From: Flavobacteriales bacterium
GTDB lineage: Bacteria; Bacteroidota; Bacteroidia; CAIKAF01
DNA: 64,000 nucleotides
Assembly (NCBI GenBank): GCA_044376575.1
Contig: JBILKR010000001.1
Coordinates: 109,492 to 173,491 of the forward strand
Reading direction: 5' to 3'
This document shows, one piece after another, positions 8,365-18,128 of this stretch. Positions within the stretch are counted from its first letter, which is position 1. Each line of letters starts with the position of its first letter. The translations under genes and the position numbers were made by a program. The notes beneath the pieces were generated by a model, which worked only from the letters and a program-made list of their open reading frames with translations, was not told the origin of the DNA and searched no databases.

Positions 8365-9542
8365 TTAATTTTATTCCTTGAAATTTTTATTTGTTCAGTA
8401 ATTGTATTTATTAAATTAGGACTGGCAAGTGTTATTAACTCCGTTTCTGAAGGAAAAGGAAGAGGTTTTTTTTGAAGTAAAGCTAACGAGTTACTTGAAA
8501 GCGCCCTGTTATCGCCCGATGCAAAAGCGTATTCATTCTTAAATGAATACGCGCTTGTTAGTGGTGTATTAATTATATACTGATTTCCACTGCTTGGATA
8601 AAAGAGATACGTTCCTTGTATAGTACATTGTTTAACCTGCTCATATTTTGTAACAGAAGCGGAAACTTCGCGATAGATGATTTTCTTTATCTTATTTCCG
8701 GCACTGTCTGTTCGAATACTGCCATCCGGATTTTTTTCCCACTCCCATCCATCTTCGATATTTTTTTTCTCAGTGAAAATGGTTTTATTAACCTGATCAG
8801 CGGAGGTCACAACATCATTAATTAAAACTTCTCCAAAATAATGGTAAATAATATTTTTTTCATCTGTAAATCCAATTTTAACCCAGTTATTATTTTCATT
8901 TTGAAGATTGATTTGCCTTATTTTTTGTTCCAATTCTGCCGGAATGGGCTTGGTTGTTTTTATTTGAACATTGAGTAAAACACGCGTAAACCCATTGTTA
9001 AGGGCGAGCTGCATTTTTTGTTGTAAATCCTGGATTTTTACATTGTAACCGGCAGCCCGCTGAAAATATTCATAAGCCTTTCTGCTTGAAAACCTATCGC
9101 CACTTTCTAGCAATCTAACTCCTTCATTATAGAGCGCCTCTCCCGCTTTTTCTTTTGACTGCTGCATTTCCAAAGAATAGTCTCTGAATTCAAAAGAAAT
9201 TTCTGTGAGTGGATTTGTTGGGCGGAGTGTCGGAAGTTGTTTCACCAGTTGTTGTCTGTTTTGAAGCCGGCGGTATGCATTGTATATGCTTTCCCAAGAC
9301 GACTCATTTCCATTTTTTCTTAACTCTTCAATTTCGTTGATATCTTGTTCGTTGGCGATGCGATAGGAGTCAAGAAGGATATCAATATGTTTTTGATCAT
9401 CGGGTTTTTTGTGAAGTTTTTTACTACAAAGTTCTATAGCCCGATCATATCTTCGGTTTTCAAAGCTTTTCTTTGCGGAGTCGCAAGAAGACACGATAAA
9501 AGAAAGTGCTAAAATGAATAATAAATGTATTTTCAATCTCAT
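8361..9542 (-). CDS. Hypothetical lipoprotein with an N-terminal TPR-like helical region
   Basis: Lipobox is LSFIVSSC. The N-terminal third is helical and repeat-like. It is translationally coupled to the 6445..8364 ORF. Confidence 0.4.
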   Translation of the reverse strand: MRLKIHLLFILALSFIVSSCDSAKKSFENRRYDRAIELCSKKLHKKPDDQKHIDILLDSYRIANEQDINEIEELRKNGNESSWESIYNAYRRLQNRQQLVKQLPTLRPTNPLTEISFEFRDYSLEMQQSKEKAGEALYNEGVRLLESGDRFSSRKAYEYFQRAAGYNVKIQDLQQKMQLALNNGFTRVLLNVQIKTTKPIPAELEQKIRQINLQNENNNWVKIGFTDEKNIIYHYFGEVLINDVVTSADQVNKTIFTEKKNIEDGWEWEKNPDGSIRTDSAGNKIKKIIYREVSASVTKYEQVKQCTIQGTYLFYPSSGNQYIINTPLTSAYSFKNEYAFASGDNRALSSNSLALLQKKPLPFPSETELITLASPNLINTITEQIKISRNKIN

Positions 9543-9651
9543 AAAATCAAAGATAAGGGTTTATCCAATAATTATTTCAAATAATACCATATAACAACTA
9601 CACTTGGCTGAAATAATATCCAACATCGTTTTATTATTCGTGATATTGGCT

Positions 9652-9659
9652 TATTTTTG
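9652..9659 (+). promoter_or_regulatory. Candidate Bacteroidota sigma-A -7 box (TAnnTTTG)
   Basis: TATTTTTG lies 28 nt upstream of the ATG at 9687. No clear -33 TTTG was found. Confidence 0.35.
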
Positions 9660-9686
9660 TTAATATAATAAAAGGCGCTTTTAAAT

Positions 9687-10742
9687 ATGATTTCCAACGG
9701 ACACATTACAATTACAGATCCTGTTTATATTAAAAAGGAAAAACTCACCAGGTTTGACAGGTTCTGTATGCGATTTATCAACGACGAAAAAGATTTGCCA
9801 TTTATTCGTCTGTCAATTTTATTGATGTTAATTTTTCCGCCACTTGCACTGTGGCTGTTTATTGATTTTAGCTGGTGGGTGGCAGCTGTTTATCTTTTTC
9901 TGAATTGGGCAATATTTTTAGGCCCCTTTATTTTAATGTTGCATAATACATCTCACCGATCATTATTTAAACACAAGTATAAGGCCTGGAATAATTTTAT
10001 TCCTTGGTTTATCGGTCCGTTTTTTGGAGAATCTCCGGAAACATATTTTGCACATCACGTCGCAATGCATCATCCGGAGAACAATATGGAAGAAGATCTT
10101 AGCACAACAATGCCTTATCGCAGAGATAGTGTTCGCGGATTTATTCTTTATTTTCTTGAATTCTTTTTTACTACAGTTGCTCATCTTGGAAGTTATTTGT
10201 GGCGAAAAAACAGAAAGCCAATTATGTGGAAAATGATTATAGGAGAATTGTCATATTTCGGAATGTGTATTGGAATGTCATTTGTAAACTTTGAAGCAGC
10301 CCTCGTAACACTAATTATACCACTCTGCTTTACACGATTAATGATGATGGCAGGAAACTGGGGACAGCATGCTTTTGTTGACGCAGCAGAGCCAGGAAAT
10401 CCATATCGCAATAGCATAACATGCATCAATACGCCATACAATAAGAAAAGCTGGAACGACGGCTACCATATCAGCCACCACGAGAGAGCTAACAGACACT
10501 GGACACAACACCCGCAGGAATTATTGGATAATATTGATACATACATTAAAGAGGGCGCGATTGTTTTTCAAAAAATTGATTTTACTACCGTTTGGTTGTT
10601 TTTGATGTTGAAGCGTTACGATTGGCTGGCCAATCATTATGTTCAATTAGACCCAAACAATATTAAATCAAAAGAAGAAGTTATTGCATTCTTAAAATTA
10701 AGAACGAGACCCATAAAAGACAGGCAATATGTTTTAGCATAA
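9687..10742 (+). CDS. Membrane fatty acid desaturase family protein
   Basis: Three histidine boxes (HNTSHR, HHVAMHH, HISHH) plus TM helices. Confidence 0.7.
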   Translation: MISNGHITITDPVYIKKEKLTRFDRFCMRFINDEKDLPFIRLSILLMLIFPPLALWLFIDFSWWVAAVYLFLNWAIFLGPFILMLHNTSHRSLFKHKYKAWNNFIPWFIGPFFGESPETYFAHHVAMHHPENNMEEDLSTTMPYRRDSVRGFILYFLEFFFTTVAHLGSYLWRKNRKPIMWKMIIGELSYFGMCIGMSFVNFEAALVTLIIPLCFTRLMMMAGNWGQHAFVDAAEPGNPYRNSITCINTPYNKKSWNDGYHISHHERANRHWTQHPQELLDNIDTYIKEGAIVFQKIDFTTVWLFLMLKRYDWLANHYVQLDPNNIKSKEEVIAFLKLRTRPIKDRQYVLA

Positions 10743-10747
10743 TCAGC

Positions 10748-11179
10748 ATGAGCGGCAAATCAATCATAGAATCGTCTAAAGCACCCGAACCAGTAGGTCT
10801 TTATCCTCACGCAAGAAGAGTAGGAGACTTTGTATATTTTTCTGGAATCGGACCGCGCGAAAAAGGAACAAAAAAAATTCCTGGTGTTGATTTGAACGAT
10901 GACGGAAGCATTCGCGATTACGACATTGCCACGCAGTGCCATTCTGTGTTTAAAAACTTACAGTATGTGGTTGAAGATGCTGGAGCAAGCTGGGCAGATG
11001 TTATTGACGTAACGGTTTTTTTAACCAATATGAAAGCAGATTTTCCAATTTATAACAAAATATATGCAGAGTATTTTAAAGATAATTTACCCTGCCGCAC
11101 AACCATTGAAATTAAATCGTTGCCAACCCCAATCGCTATTGAAGTAAAGGCGATAGCCTTTGTTGGAGAAAAAAAATAA
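10748..11179 (+). CDS. RidA/YjgF/UK114 family protein
   Basis: Motifs PEPVGLYPHARRVGDFVYFSGIG and LPCRTTIEIKSLP, with the typical fold length. Confidence 0.75.
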   Translation: MSGKSIIESSKAPEPVGLYPHARRVGDFVYFSGIGPREKGTKKIPGVDLNDDGSIRDYDIATQCHSVFKNLQYVVEDAGASWADVIDVTVFLTNMKADFPIYNKIYAEYFKDNLPCRTTIEIKSLPTPIAIEVKAIAFVGEKK

Positions 11180-11184
11180 AGTGA

Positions 11185-11568
11185 TTATTTAACAGCAATT
11201 CCTGAAATTTCTACGTCAGCGCCAGCAGGCAAGCCCTTTACAGCAACGGTTTCTCTGGCGGGAAAGTGATTCTCCAATGCCTTAGAATATGTTTCGTTCA
11301 TGGCTTTAAAATGTGCCATATCAGAAAGGAAGATGGTTGTTTTAACCAGGTTTGAATAATTCATCCCGGCCTCTTCTAGAATAGCCAGAAGGTTTTTTAA
11401 AACCAAAGTAGTTTGTTCTTCAATGCTACCGCCACAAAAAGCTCCACTTTCAGGGTCGATAGCAATCTGTCCGGAAATATATAGCGTTGAAGTTTCTCCC
11501 GTGGTAATTACAGCCTGATTGTATGGACCGATGGGCTGAGGTGCTTTAATGGTATTAACAACCTTCAT
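11185..11568 (-). CDS. ridA: RidA family reactive-intermediate (enamine/imine) deaminase
   Basis: Canonical APQPIGPYNQAV...LYISGQI...PARETVAVKGLP at 127 aa. Confidence 0.85.
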   Translation of the reverse strand: MKVVNTIKAPQPIGPYNQAVITTGETSTLYISGQIAIDPESGAFCGGSIEEQTTLVLKNLLAILEEAGMNYSNLVKTTIFLSDMAHFKAMNETYSKALENHFPARETVAVKGLPAGADVEISGIAVK

Positions 11569-11574
11569 ATTCGC

Positions 11575-12954
11575 CTATTCTTTAATGAATTTTTTTCGGA
11601 TGCGAGTCTCTCCCGATTTTATTTCAGCTAAATACATGCCCGAGCAAAGCTCTTCTACTGAAATTGTATTTGTATTTTTTACAGTAGAAATGAAAGACCC
11701 GTTTAATGAATAAATTGAAATAGCATCAATGTTATCTATCCCCGATAAAGAAATTACGTGGCTTGCCGGATTAGGATATATTTTAATTTTTTCAGAAGAA
11801 ACGGGCTCGTTTCCAGCGAAGAATAAAGGCTCAAAAACATAGCAACCGCTTTGCATGTCTCCAAGCAATATTCTTCCTGAAGGGAGAAAGGGATATGTTC
11901 CCCATGCGCCGGCAAAATCCAAAGGAGGAAAAGAAGTGTCAGGATAAGTATCATACCATGCAATTTTTTCAACACCGCAGTCTTCGGAATAAGCATATAC
12001 TTGTAATCCATGATGGTAATATGCAACATAAATAAAATTATCCCTGATGAGAGGGTTGTGGGGAATGGCATTTGCGTCTAAATCAACTTCTCCCAGCACA
12101 TTACAAAAATCAATGTTCAGCAAATTTTCTACATTCATTAATTTTAATTTTTTTCCATGGGTTTCATCGGCCATAACGTATTTTTTTTCATCTGCCGACA
12201 TCCATCCGCTATGACAATAGCCCTTTTCAGGATAACTTGTATAATCTGCAATGACAATAGGATTTCCGGGATTGGTAAAATTCCCGATATAAAATCCCTC
12301 GTTTCCGCAATTCAAAAACGCAGTATCATTTTTTACATATCCGTCATGAACATAAGTGTATAAAGGATGAATAAACTCACCTAAGAATGAGGGGTTTTCC
12401 GGGTTCTCCAAAGAAAAAGAAATCATTGCATGGTTTTGATTTGAATATGGAGGATGAATGTAAGTTCTTGCTCCAAAAATATGCAGTCGGGATTTCGCGG
12501 TATCAATAAATAGATTGTGTGCGCGTACAATTAACGAATCATTATCATAAACCACATGCACACTGTCAGGTAAATAACTCATGTCAATAATCTGTAATGA
12601 ACTAAATCCCTGATCGCAAACAGCGTAAAGATACTTTCCAAAATTTTTAAAATCTCGATGCACAATATGGCTTCCCGCTGAACGCCCCTGTACAAAATCA
12701 ACCTCTGTTAAATTTCCTGAAGATGCTGGGATTTGCAAAAAATGAACTCCATCCAGAGATCCCATAATCGCATATTCAATTCCATCTTGTTCGTATCCCC
12801 ATACTTCATTATATCTTCTGAAATCATTTGCACTGACACTGATTGAAGGGTTATGCCAGTTGTATAAAAGATTTATATTTTGAGAGTTTTGTGCTGTTAC
12901 AAATAATGTTGTACAGCCAATTAAAAATGACAGTATAAATTTTGACATACGCAT
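11575..12954 (-). CDS. Beta-propeller (LVIVD / choice-of-anchor B-like) protein with a T9SS type-A C-terminal sorting domain
   Basis: Has a signal peptide. The repeat-rich body contains YNEVWGYEQDGIEYAIMGS. The C-terminus reads KIYPNPASHVISLSG...GMYLAEIKSG. Confidence 0.55.
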   Translation of the reverse strand: MRMSKFILSFLIGCTTLFVTAQNSQNINLLYNWHNPSISVSANDFRRYNEVWGYEQDGIEYAIMGSLDGVHFLQIPASSGNLTEVDFVQGRSAGSHIVHRDFKNFGKYLYAVCDQGFSSLQIIDMSYLPDSVHVVYDNDSLIVRAHNLFIDTAKSRLHIFGARTYIHPPYSNQNHAMISFSLENPENPSFLGEFIHPLYTYVHDGYVKNDTAFLNCGNEGFYIGNFTNPGNPIVIADYTSYPEKGYCHSGWMSADEKKYVMADETHGKKLKLMNVENLLNIDFCNVLGEVDLDANAIPHNPLIRDNFIYVAYYHHGLQVYAYSEDCGVEKIAWYDTYPDTSFPPLDFAGAWGTYPFLPSGRILLGDMQSGCYVFEPLFFAGNEPVSSEKIKIYPNPASHVISLSGIDNIDAISIYSLNGSFISTVKNTNTISVEELCSGMYLAEIKSGETRIRKKFIKE

Positions 12955-13937
12955 TAGAGTTTTGACAACTCAGTTTTTAAATAATTAATTACATCTACCT
13001 CCATAATATCTACCTTGTTTTTTTTACTCAAATGAAATGAAACCCAATCACAGAAATGAATAATGTAGAACGTTTCAATTACCGCGTTTTCTCCCTCTGC
13101 CCAAATTTCAGAGATACAGCCGGCATGAGGGGCAATCACTCCCTTAATAATTTCCATCCTTGTCTGATTTCGCTCAAAATCATTTTTTGACCGAATAAAA
13201 ACAACCGAAAGAAAATCTTTTCCTCCGGCCCAGCCAACTAACTCGTTGTGGTTCATTTCCGGAATTACATGATGCCAAGCAAGCATTTTAGCATTTTCGT
13301 TGATTTGCTGACGAAAACGAACGGCAACCCCTTCTTTATTAGAGTCGGAGTATATAACCGGAATCTTATTATAAAGTCGATCAGCAATGGCGTTTGCCTC
13401 AGATGAAATTTTTTCTTGATTTGAAATCAGAAAAGAAGCGGTGGCGCCAAGATCTTCAGCATACTTTTCTGGGAGTTGACCGATATGAACAAAAAGCAAA
13501 ATAAGTTGTGATAAAGAATAACCTAAACAAGCCCTGGGGGGATTTCCGCCGGGAATCTCTATTAGGCCCAACCCGTGTTTCTTAGCAATTTCCTTCATCT
13601 TGCCCCCGCTTGTAATACAAACAACTTGAGCCCCAAGCGCGACACCCTTTTCTAGAACAGACAAAGTTTCTTCTGTATCGCCCGAATATGAAGAGGCGAT
13701 TAGCAAAGAATCTTTACCGACATAAGACGGAATAAAATAGTCCTTGGTAATACCAATTGGCAGTGTCGCGTGTGTTTTGGCAATGTCAGTAACAATACTT
13801 GCACCAATGCCGGACCCACCCAATCCTGCAATCACAATATTTTTAATTGCAACAATATTAATGTTAATATTGCTTGAATTAAAAATTACGATACTTTCTT
13901 CAATGTGATTCGGGAGTTGCTCTATCAAACTACGCAT
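12954..13937 (-). CDS. Bifunctional phosphoglucose/phosphomannose isomerase (SIS domain)
   Basis: SIS motifs are IAGLGGSGIGASIV and SSYSGDTEET. Size matches the PGI/PMI family. Confidence 0.7.
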   Translation of the reverse strand: MRSLIEQLPNHIEESIVIFNSSNININIVAIKNIVIAGLGGSGIGASIVTDIAKTHATLPIGITKDYFIPSYVGKDSLLIASSYSGDTEETLSVLEKGVALGAQVVCITSGGKMKEIAKKHGLGLIEIPGGNPPRACLGYSLSQLILLFVHIGQLPEKYAEDLGATASFLISNQEKISSEANAIADRLYNKIPVIYSDSNKEGVAVRFRQQINENAKMLAWHHVIPEMNHNELVGWAGGKDFLSVVFIRSKNDFERNQTRMEIIKGVIAPHAGCISEIWAEGENAVIETFYIIHFCDWVSFHLSKKNKVDIMEVDVINYLKTELSKL

Positions 13938-14048
13938 TGTTCAAATTTTATCTAAATGTAAACCTACATAAAACAGATTAAATCTACAAAAACAATCTTT
14001 CCGGAAGCCTCGAAAATATGAATGAAAGTTGTTAATTTGTAAAAAGCA

Positions 14049-14519
14049 ATGGGATCATTTTCTCACATAGATATTTATACTGATGGAGCCGCAAGAGGCA
14101 ACCCCGGACCGGGAGGGTTTGGTGTGGTGCTTATCGCCGGCCCCCACAGAAAAGAGCATAGCGAAGGTTATCGATACACCACCAACAACAGAATGGAACT
14201 TCTCGCAGTAATACGTGGGCTTGAAATGCTGAAAACAAAATCAAGCCCCGTACGGATTTACTCAGATTCAAAATATGTAGTAGATGCTGTACAGAAAAAA
14301 TGGGTATTTAATTGGGTAAAAAAGGGATTTAAAGACAAAAAAAATCCAGACCTGTGGAGTCGCTTTCTCGAGCTTTATCCTCATTTTAATGTTGAACTGA
14401 TATGGGTGAAGGGACACGCAGAAAATATTGAAAACAACCGATGCGATGAATTGGCAGTCCGCGCATCTCATAACCCACACCCAATGATTGATGCTTTTTT
14501 TGAAAGCCATAGTAATTAA
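14049..14519 (+). CDS. rnhA: Ribonuclease HI
   Basis: Motifs IYTDGAARGNPGPGGFGVVL, NNRMELLAVI, YSDSKYVV and VKGHAENIENNRCDELA. Confidence 0.9.
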   Translation: MGSFSHIDIYTDGAARGNPGPGGFGVVLIAGPHRKEHSEGYRYTTNNRMELLAVIRGLEMLKTKSSPVRIYSDSKYVVDAVQKKWVFNWVKKGFKDKKNPDLWSRFLELYPHFNVELIWVKGHAENIENNRCDELAVRASHNPHPMIDAFFESHSN

Positions 14520-14534
14520 AGTTAAAGTCTGATA

Positions 14535-15491
14535 ATGAAACTCCAATACTCCGTACCGTTGTCTTCAACAGAGCATCCTATTACACATCGCGCCCCTGTA
14601 ATGATGATTGGTTCCTGTTTCTCAGAAAACATAGCACAACGGATGAGAAGAACCGGGTTTTCGGTGTTAAACAATCCTCACGGGATTATCTATAACCCCA
14701 TCTCTCTCAGACAATCATTGGAAGACGTTTTTTACAATAAAAAATTTGAAGAGAATGATCTCTATTTCGACGGGGACTTGTGGCACAGCTATGCACATCA
14801 TGGCGTTTTTTCATCCCCGTCATCAGAAACAACGATAAAACGAATCAATCAATCCATAGCTCAGGCACACGAATCCCTTTCTCAAATATCTCACCTTATT
14901 ATTACTCTCGGAAGTGCCTGGACATATTATACAATTTCTGACAATAAACCTGTTGCGAACTGTCATAAGCAGCCAGGAAAAAATTTCTTTAAAAAAACGA
15001 TTGAAGTCAAATTAGAAAAAGAAAAATGGATTAAAATTTTAGATGAGTTTAAAAATAAATACCCGAATGCTAATATATTATTAACTATAAGCCCTGTAAA
15101 ACATCTAAAAGACGGAGCATTTGAGAATAACTACAGCAAAGGCATTTTACATCATTTGGTGGCTGAATTATTGACCGCAAAAAATGACATTAAATATTTT
15201 CCTGCATTTGAAATTCTACAGGATGAATTGCGCGATTATCGGTTTTATGCCAGTGATTTTGCGCACCCCAATGAACTGGCCATTGATTACATTTGGAGTC
15301 GCTTTGAAGAAGTCTATTTTTCAAATGAATCCAAAATCATTGCACAGGAAATAAGTCAGCTGCGGTCATTATTTCAACATAAAGTTGTGCACGCTGAAAC
15401 TAAGCAAACCCTCAATTTTTTAGCACAACGGGCTCAGAAACTTTCAGATTTTAAAACAAAATGGCCAACAATACAACTAGATTTTATATGA
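14535..15491 (+). CDS. GSCFA domain-containing protein
   Basis: Carries the eponymous IGSCFSENI motif near the N-terminus, with the typical ~320-aa length. Confidence 0.75.
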   Translation: MKLQYSVPLSSTEHPITHRAPVMMIGSCFSENIAQRMRRTGFSVLNNPHGIIYNPISLRQSLEDVFYNKKFEENDLYFDGDLWHSYAHHGVFSSPSSETTIKRINQSIAQAHESLSQISHLIITLGSAWTYYTISDNKPVANCHKQPGKNFFKKTIEVKLEKEKWIKILDEFKNKYPNANILLTISPVKHLKDGAFENNYSKGILHHLVAELLTAKNDIKYFPAFEILQDELRDYRFYASDFAHPNELAIDYIWSRFEEVYFSNESKIIAQEISQLRSLFQHKVVHAETKQTLNFLAQRAQKLSDFKTKWPTIQLDFI

Positions 15492-16252
15492 AAATTATTT
15501 CTTACAACGTAAATGGGATAAGGGCTGCAATGACCAAAGGATTTACATCATGGCTGAAATCGGCCAATCCGGATGTACTTTGTCTTCAGGAAATTAAAGC
15601 CGAGCCCTCACAGATTAATATATCTGAATTTGAAGAGTTAGGGTATCAGTTATTCTGGTACCCGGCTCAGAAAAGAGGATATAGTGGAGTTGCAATTTTC
15701 AGTAAACACAAACCCAAGCATGTGGAATATGGTTGCGGAATCTCAACATATGACGAAGAGGGTAGAGTTATTCGCATTGATTTTGATAATGTTTCAATAA
15801 TGTCTGTTTATTTTCCTTCGGGTACATCCGGCGACCACCGCCAGGATTTTAAATACCGTTTTCTCGACGATTTTATAACATACATCAATCACCTCAAAAA
15901 AAGCAAGCCTAACCTGATTATTTGTGGAGACATCAATATCTGTCACAAGGAAATAGATATTCATAATCCGGTTTCAAATAAAAACACAACAGGGTTTTTA
16001 CCTCCGGAAAGAGCCTGGGTAACCGATTTTCTCAATAGCGGATTTGTTGACTCGTTTCGTGCATTCAACGAAGATCCGCACCAATATACTTGGTGGAGCT
16101 ACCGGTTTAGTGCAAGAAAGCAAAATAAAGGATGGAGAATCGATTACCAACTTGTTGCAGAATCTTTAAAAAAGAAAATGAAACGCGCAGCAATTTTATC
16201 AGAAGCACATCATTCTGATCATTGCCCAACACTACTTGAAATTGATGATTAA
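15488..16252 (+). CDS. xth: Exodeoxyribonuclease III
   Basis: Motifs MKIISYNVNGIRAA, CLQEIK, GDINICH and SDHCP. The ATG at 15488 overlaps the GSCFA stop (ATGA). The track start at 15461 is probably too early. Confidence 0.9.
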   Translation: MKIISYNVNGIRAAMTKGFTSWLKSANPDVLCLQEIKAEPSQINISEFEELGYQLFWYPAQKRGYSGVAIFSKHKPKHVEYGCGISTYDEEGRVIRIDFDNVSIMSVYFPSGTSGDHRQDFKYRFLDDFITYINHLKKSKPNLIICGDINICHKEIDIHNPVSNKNTTGFLPPERAWVTDFLNSGFVDSFRAFNEDPHQYTWWSYRFSARKQNKGWRIDYQLVAESLKKKMKRAAILSEAHHSDHCPTLLEIDD

Positions 16253-18064
16253 TTAGCGCGTTAATATTTTTATCTGTAGATTTCGGTATTCGCCGGGCAT
16301 TTGTTTGAAATTCCAAAAATAAATAGTCAATCTTACAGAATCCTCTTGTAATTCAGGAACTGAAAAAAACTGATGGAATTCTTCGCCATAACTTTTATTG
16401 TATGCTGTTTTTAAACCATGCGTACTTACGGATTGATAATATAAATTCTTCATGTCAGACAGATTGTCAACACTTACAACTACCACTCCTTTCATTGGAC
16501 TTGTCGGAGAATTAAAAAGAAGTTTTACATCAACCCCCAAGGCTTTTTTTCGTAACCGGTTTGTTTTTTCTTCATAAAAAACGAGGTATTCTTTTTTGTC
16601 AAAATCAACAGCCGTATTATTTATAATTGTGGTGTCTTCTGTCCATGTGGTATTGATTTTTCTTTTATAATAGGCTATTCCAGAGTAGGGATCTTTTTCA
16701 AGCAATGTGTATAAATTCACCGAAGGCATCTGTTGTTCCAGCGGATTCAATACCAAATAATCATAATGAAATGAGGGATAATCAGAAAAACTCAACATCG
16801 GATTGTTGCCTCCGTGTTTGAAATTGTAGTAATTCCAAACCTGATGTTGAATTCCATATCCGCCAACAGAAGCTGCAAATTCAGGATTGGGGTTGTCTTT
16901 TAAAATGCGCAAAAAAGATGATTCATCCATGTGCTCGTTTTTCCAATGTGTAGAATAAGCAAGGTTCGCATGGTTGATAAAATGAACTGGGAAAGCCAAC
17001 AAAGGCAAAAGAAAAAACAACACACCCCGTTGATTTGAAAATGTATTAACTCCGAAAAAGACAGCAACGATAAAGAGTACAACAAGATGCATGCCGGTTC
17101 TGTCTTCGGGAAATCGGATGTTTAATACCCAGTGTTGAATAAAAATAGCGCACAGATTTGCTGTTAGTAATCCTAAAAAAACAACAGCCTGTTGCTTGAA
17201 AAAATTCAGGCGGTATTTAATGAGAGAGACAAACAAGATCAATAACAAGAATAAAGCAAGTATTCCGGCAAAAAAATCAATAAAAACATGATGACTTCCA
17301 AACATCATTTTTATTAAACTTTGAGTTGTGTTCGGAAAAAAACCGGAAGCAAATCCATAATACAAGAGCCCGCGGTTTTTCAATTCAAAACTAATGTATG
17401 CGGCGATTAAAAAAGGGATGCATCCCAATCCAAGAACAATTAAAATTTGTTTGATTTTTTTTATGTTTTCATTTCCAAGAAAAATAATCCATACCAACCA
17501 AATAATAATTGCCAGCAGGGCGTTGCTTAACGTTAAATTTGCAAAAACGGCCAATGACATCAATAGCAAGCAGAAGACAAGCAATCGCGATTTATTCTGC
17601 TGAATAAATTCAATCATAAAATAAATGGCACCCAACATCAGCGACATTGACATTCCGTACCCTCTGGTGTATCCAAAAAACTCAATAACACCATGTATCG
17701 TTAACATCACCAAAATAAAACCAAGCTTCACAAAATTTCCTGATAGCTTTTTGCTGATTAGAAAAATAAAAAAAGCATACAATGGGAAAAAAAGTATATT
17801 TCCTAATCTTAACACCCACTCTTCTGCGCCTAACCAATGATAAAATAAAATCGAGATTGCAGTATTTAAGATGTGATTATTTGCATCCCAGTGTGCTTCA
17901 CCGGGAATAAATTCCGCAACATGAATGTAATGATAAAAGGTGGATGCTTCGTCGTGTACTAACGGAACGTATATGGAGCGAAGTATAATATATCCCCAGA
18001 TACACAAAGCACAAAGCAAAAAAACAATTTTGTGATGAGGAAAAAAATCTTGTTTGTTTTTCAT
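16253..18064 (-). CDS. Large polytopic membrane protein, possibly a GT-C-fold (ArnT/PMT-like) glycosyltransferase
   Basis: About 12 predicted TM helices are followed by a ~230-aa soluble C-terminal domain. No diagnostic motif was recognised. Confidence 0.35.
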   Translation of the reverse strand: MKNKQDFFPHHKIVFLLCALCIWGYIILRSIYVPLVHDEASTFYHYIHVAEFIPGEAHWDANNHILNTAISILFYHWLGAEEWVLRLGNILFFPLYAFFIFLISKKLSGNFVKLGFILVMLTIHGVIEFFGYTRGYGMSMSLMLGAIYFMIEFIQQNKSRLLVFCLLLMSLAVFANLTLSNALLAIIIWLVWIIFLGNENIKKIKQILIVLGLGCIPFLIAAYISFELKNRGLLYYGFASGFFPNTTQSLIKMMFGSHHVFIDFFAGILALFLLLILFVSLIKYRLNFFKQQAVVFLGLLTANLCAIFIQHWVLNIRFPEDRTGMHLVVLFIVAVFFGVNTFSNQRGVLFFLLPLLAFPVHFINHANLAYSTHWKNEHMDESSFLRILKDNPNPEFAASVGGYGIQHQVWNYYNFKHGGNNPMLSFSDYPSFHYDYLVLNPLEQQMPSVNLYTLLEKDPYSGIAYYKRKINTTWTEDTTIINNTAVDFDKKEYLVFYEEKTNRLRKKALGVDVKLLFNSPTSPMKGVVVVSVDNLSDMKNLYYQSVSTHGLKTAYNKSYGEEFHQFFSVPELQEDSVRLTIYFWNFKQMPGEYRNLQIKILTR

Positions 18065-18128
18065 AGTTATTGCTACAAGATTACAAATAACTTTTTTGTT
18101 TCTTTATCATGAAATTCTGAAAGCCGAA

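Noticed and set aside
10748-11568. Two convergent RidA-family genes as a possible toxin-antitoxin-like or duplicated cassette
   Set aside because: The two proteins are clearly divergent paralogs of normal size in ordinary metabolic context. Multiple RidA/YjgF paralogs are common.
18054-18128. TTG-initiated N-terminal extension of the GH3 homolog overlapping the divergent membrane protein gene
   Set aside because: The extension (FFIVIATRLQITFLFLYHEILKAE) looks like translated promoter DNA. The ATG at 18129 gives an N-terminus that reads as ordinary protein sequence rather than translated intergenic DNA.
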